Positions 59,267-64,000 of a stretch of DNA of 64,000 bases are shown here, piece by piece. The stretch is from contig NC_081331.1 in assembly GCF_022539665.2 (NCBI RefSeq), positions 2,480,001 to 2,544,000 on the forward strand, read 5' to 3'. This DNA is from Daphnia carinata. Taxonomy: Eukaryota. A program made the position numbers and the translations under genes. A model generated the notes under the pieces. That model was given only the letters and a program-made list of their open reading frames with translations. It made no database searches and had not been told where the DNA came from. The first letter of the stretch is position 1, and each line of letters begins with the position of its first letter.

Positions 59267-62200
59267 CTTTTAAAAAGATTAAATATTTTTGATTTTATGC
59301 ATTTCTAATTTTAATTGACGTTAAGCCTATTATTTGTAAGGTGTTAGTTACATCGATGCGCATACTGACACGGATAGTTTAAAGGTAAACAATTTTTATG
59401 TACATGTAACAGAGTACGAAAAAGTAGTGAGGGGAGGGGGAAGGCTTTTACTCACAGCGGGGAGTATTTGTAATTGGCGCTCGCTTGTTATTGTATAACG
59501 AGACCGGTACGACCGTGTACTACGTGCTGTTGTGCACAGAAAGGGAGGAGCCGAGATTGGATGCTCATCATCCATCGTTCCTTTTTTTTCCCATGCCATA
59601 CAAATGTATCCTTACAATGATACACCACCGCGCAATAATACAAGAGTCAAAGGTTATATTACCCTCAATATTTAATGGCCTAACAATATATCAAGAAACT
59701 GACTCAATTTTTCTCACGCATTGAATAATTTTACGTAATAGCTATGACTCACACAGTTCTGCGAATCACAGTCGTACGTAATTCGCAACTATTACAACAG
59801 AAAAAAAAAGGAAGGGCGAAATATTTGCTAAAAAGAAGTTGGGGGTGCAACACAACAATGGGGAAAGAGTGTAACACATCCATCTTTACTTGTTTGCTAG
59901 GGGATATTATTTGCTGAACTCCCCTTGTTTATTCATAGCTCGTACATTTTTTTTTTCGCACCCACGTAAAAATAATTGCTGGAACACGCGCCTATTTTAC
60001 CAACCCTCTACTCAGCTTATGCCATTTAAGCGTTAATATTCCGGATAGATGCGCGCGCACATACCAATTTCCTAACAGAATATCTCAGCGTACAATGTAA
60101 CGATAGTCCAATAAAAAGAGAAGCCAAAAAAAAAAAAAAATTGGAGTGTAATCAATTAATTGGTTTGTAAGGGAACAAGGCTAGAAAAAAGTAATCAGCA
60201 ATCTGAGAATCTTCTGGTCGTCTTTGTGGATAGGCTCTATTGGATGTGTGCGTCGTACACTCTTTTTTTTTTTAAATAGACACCACCCCTTTGCTGAAAA
60301 AGAGTGGGCCATTGCGACGCCTGATGACGTCAGTGTGACTCGGATAACCGAAAAAAGGGGGGAATGAGAGAGCGGACGTCTGTACTAATTGGTTCTTAAT
60401 TAAGAAACGACGCTTGGCCTCCCCAAAGTAAAACTTGTTTTCTTACTGTAAGGCTTTAGCGTATATATTTTTTTATTTAATAAGTGTACGCCTCTCGTTT
60501 TCTGTAATGTCTCTTTTGTTTTCAGTTGTGGACAGAGAGCCCGTGAAACTGTAGATCCTCACAAGTGCACTTTTTTTTTTAGTACTCTGCCGCTCTTCTT
60601 CGTCCCATCCAGCCATTTGTTCTTTTAGCGCTTCCTTTCGACTCTTTTACACATCCATCCGTTACAACACGATACGGCTGCAACGTAAAAAAAAACGCGC
60701 CCTCAACAGCCGGCACTTTCCCGTCTATGGCGGCCGATGTTGTGCGCGCTGATTGGTCATTACAAGGCGAAAGAGGCAAGCCGTACAGACGTATTGTCTT
60801 ACATCTCTCTGTTTCTCTTGTGATTCGTACAGCTGGCCATGTCATTCTTTATTACAAATTAGGTCTTCCCATGTTAACTGTTAGAAAGATAACATGGAAC
60901 ATTTTTTTTATAAGGTCTCTTTTCATTTTCTTTCATGTTTCGCAAAGGGGGGGGGGGGTAAGCAATGCTGCGCAGATTGCTAGGATGAGTGCTCCTATAT
61001 GGAGCCATCATTCGGAGTAGGATCGATGGGAATGTATTGAAGGAAATAAGCAATCAGAAAACGGGACGCTCCAGTCATCTCTTTTTTTGAGCTTATTGTC
61101 TTTTTTTTCTTCTCTTTACGAGACACAACGGAATCACTGTCTGTATGGTGATGGATTATAATACGCAAGTCTACGAGATAGACGTCATGTCCTTGTTTGA
61201 TTTTTAGAAACTTTTCCTTTGCGTTCGCTATCGTGTTCAACAAAAGACGTGTCAGCAGCAGTGGATGGGTGGTATATTGCCAGTCTGTGATTGGCTGGCC
61301 ACCAAAAAAAGAAAAAAAAAATCGGGTAATATTAAAAGAGCCGAAGAGGAACAAAAAAATTGTTCTGTGTATGCCGTCATCCTTTGATGGCCAATAGAAA
61401 AAGCTAGAAAACAATAGAGACGCTGTATATTGGGGTGTACATTAATGTTGGAGATTCACACAAAGAGAAAGAGCATGAAATTGCTGCTGCTTTTGAAATC
61501 TACTCCCCCCCCCCCATCGTTTGATATCGGGTAGCTTGAAAATATTTGAAGAAAAATGTTTCTAAAGTCAAGAAAAAAGAGTATTATATATATAGGGGCT
61601 TGATAATCAAGTCATTATCAAGTTTCAGAAATGAGGGTAAAAGAATTCGGAAATATTGACGCAATGATTTTCTTATTGGCGTATAAAAGTGGAACATTGT
61701 ATGAATAATTTAGGTGAAGTTCTTGGCCAAGATAAAAAATGTCGATATCATCACATTTTCACGATGAGACGATATTGCCAGACGAACCCTAAAAACCCCA
61801 TTTTTTAAATTGGAATTTGGATGGAAATCAGAAATGGACGAAAAGCGATGACAGTGCGAAACCACACCCACGAATAGGTGTGTCTGGCATTAATTGTTTT
61901 ACGTGCTGCGCCCAATGGAACAATCAAACGAACGTCAGAGCGAATCGAATCTACATATCGCCATTGATCAGCTCTTTTTCCGCTTGGCGTATCCTTATTG
62001 AATTGTCGACGGGAAAGCTGATAACGTGACTTGATTACACCAGAAGCTCATCATTTTCAACTTAATTATCTACGGGCCAAATAATTCCGATGACTGCGGC
62101 TTTTGTTTTCTACGACTCATCAGAAATTCTTTCACTGCGTATTGGTCGCTGCTCGATATATGAACAGATTACGGAGATTGGTTCGTCACTTTCAATACAA

Positions 62201-64000
62201 AATGGAGAGAAAAGAGTGTAATAATTTATTAATAATTCACGCGCAAAGTCGTCTAGCACGTACTCAAAAATCCCAATTTTAAAGCCAATCTCGACAAGAA
62301 AATTGGAAATGGCAAAACCTTTATTAAAAATCGTGCGCGGAGAATCGATTCTACGTCAATTATAATAATCTCGAGTATCAGTGGTAAATAATTCGTAAAG
62401 GGAAAAATCGAGTGGGATTATAAAAAAAATATAGGGTGAGTGTGAAAAAGGTTACTGGCCTCCCCTTTTTTGCTAGTCACATGATCCTCCACTCGTTTGC
62501 TCGTGATAATGTGACGAAACAATATACACAGACCACGTAATAATAAATACTCCGAGTCCCCTATTGTGTGTACGTGTGCTGAGTTTCGACGTCGTCAACA
62601 TGAACGAGAGTGTGGGGGGGGGACAAAGTGACAATAGCTGGCCACCCTCTCTGCGTTTTTTCAAGTATTTTGTATATCACTGGAAAATACACGGAACGGG
62701 GGTGTACATGTAAAAAAAGGTGAGGAGATTTTTGGGACAAAAAAATTGTTCGTCTTTGATTTAGAAGTTCTTTTCTTTCTTTTTTTTTTTTTTAGGTGGG
62801 CAAATCTAAACAGGATGTAGCGCCACCTTCAATGCGGCAATCTGTGTAAATATAATCTCGTCTACAACTCCCCCCTTTTTTTTTATCCCATAAAGTTCTT
62901 TGATCCTATTCAAACGGATGAGGTGAGAACTGGCAAGCTCAATCTCGCATCTCGTATTTCCATCTTCAACGGTGCTTTCCAAGAAAATAAATAATTCCTA
63001 TTCATTCAATCTGGTTGCTGATTATTTCACACCCACTTTCTTATCCGCCTCACACACTGATGATATTACACCTTTTGTACTTCCCCACACCTTCTTTTTT
63101 TTTTAAATATTTAATCATAACATCACCCTTTTCATGTTTTTCTTTCCCCGCAAAAAAAAGGAGGGAGAAACGTCTTAATAACTTTTGATGGTATCGAATT
63201 AAAACATCTCGTGATATTTTAATGTACTGCCTACGCGTTTTATCGAGTCGCTACGCCAACGCACAACGCCTTCGAGAATCTTCTTGGCTTGTAATATCGC
63301 ATTAAAGAGGCACGAAAAATTGGGGACACGACTGGCGTGGCACGCAAGACAAAGAATAGGACATGAAAACAGTGAAAGAAGATTGGTTGATTGGGTAACC
63401 AGCTGACGATGGCGGCCCAGCAATTGGATTGAGGACGCAAATCGATTTTTTTCTTAATAGGCAATTGAGCAATTACAGATTTTTGAATATTTTTACATGA
63501 GGAAAACTGAGTGCGAAAGATAATTTTTTTTTTAGAAAATTTGATGGATAGAGACGAACCATTCGGAAAAATATAGATTTTCTTTTTGTTGAGTAATAAA
63601 AAGGGTGGACGTGAGGGCGAACAGCTCCAGTCAAATAGAAAACAAAAAAAAGGAAAAGGGAGAAAGGGGAATAATAATAAAAACGTGGCCAAAACGACAG
63701 GACGAATGGCTGCGTTCATCCATTCCGCCAAGTGCCTCCTCTTTTACCCCCTTTCTTTTTCTCGTTTGGCTTCACCAGCATATCCTCCTCCCAATGACGG
63801 GAGTGTTCAGCGCGGGCGCGCATTTTCAACCCATTTTCCCCAACAACCAAAATTAAGGGGAGCAAAAAATTCATAATTCGATTACACAAGACCCAGTTCG
63901 TCGTTTTTCACGAAACTCTTTCCCCTCTCTCACATTTTACTTTCACTCGTCCCCAACATTTTCATTTCCCCTCGTGATTCGCCCTGACTTTGAAAATGCG

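Noticed and set aside
60995..61414. ORF containing HDVYL as the missing Vsx homeodomain exon
   Set aside because: No RTxF/LEELE/HYPD pattern; the upstream Vsx exons appear to lie beyond the window.

Overview
Eukaryotic, gene-dense, intron-rich (mostly ~55-100 nt GT-AG introns) arthropod DNA. Intron size, homopolymer runs and gene content suggest a cladoceran such as Daphnia (inference). By manual splicing I reconstruct about 14 protein-coding genes. In order: 5' half of a PDE3-like phosphodiesterase (-), CCDC134 (+), acylglycerol kinase AGK (-), a trypsin (-), a Sushi/F-type-lectin/C-type-lectin transmembrane protein of the CG9095/furrowed family (-), BCDIN3D (-), PQLC1/SLC66A2 (+), an M28 metallopeptidase (-), a pipe/HS2ST-like sulfotransferase (+), a USPL1-like protein without the protease domain (-), CCT3 (-), a UV-type r-opsin (+), PEX13 (-) and the 3' end of a Vsx homeobox gene (-). 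I found no prokaryotic features, no CRISPR array and no intact transposon, and no clearly new multi-gene system. The most interesting signals are: a hidden USPL1 N-terminal Cys4 motif in small exons the ORF track misses; a 12-bp direct repeat spanning both ends of an AGK intron (recent-intron-gain signature); two divergent degenerate tRNA-like heads upstream of the opsin; an RCSI-like element at the opsin TATA box; and alternative cytoplasmic-tail exons in the lectin gene. All homology calls come from motif recall, not database searches; splice coordinates are hand-derived.
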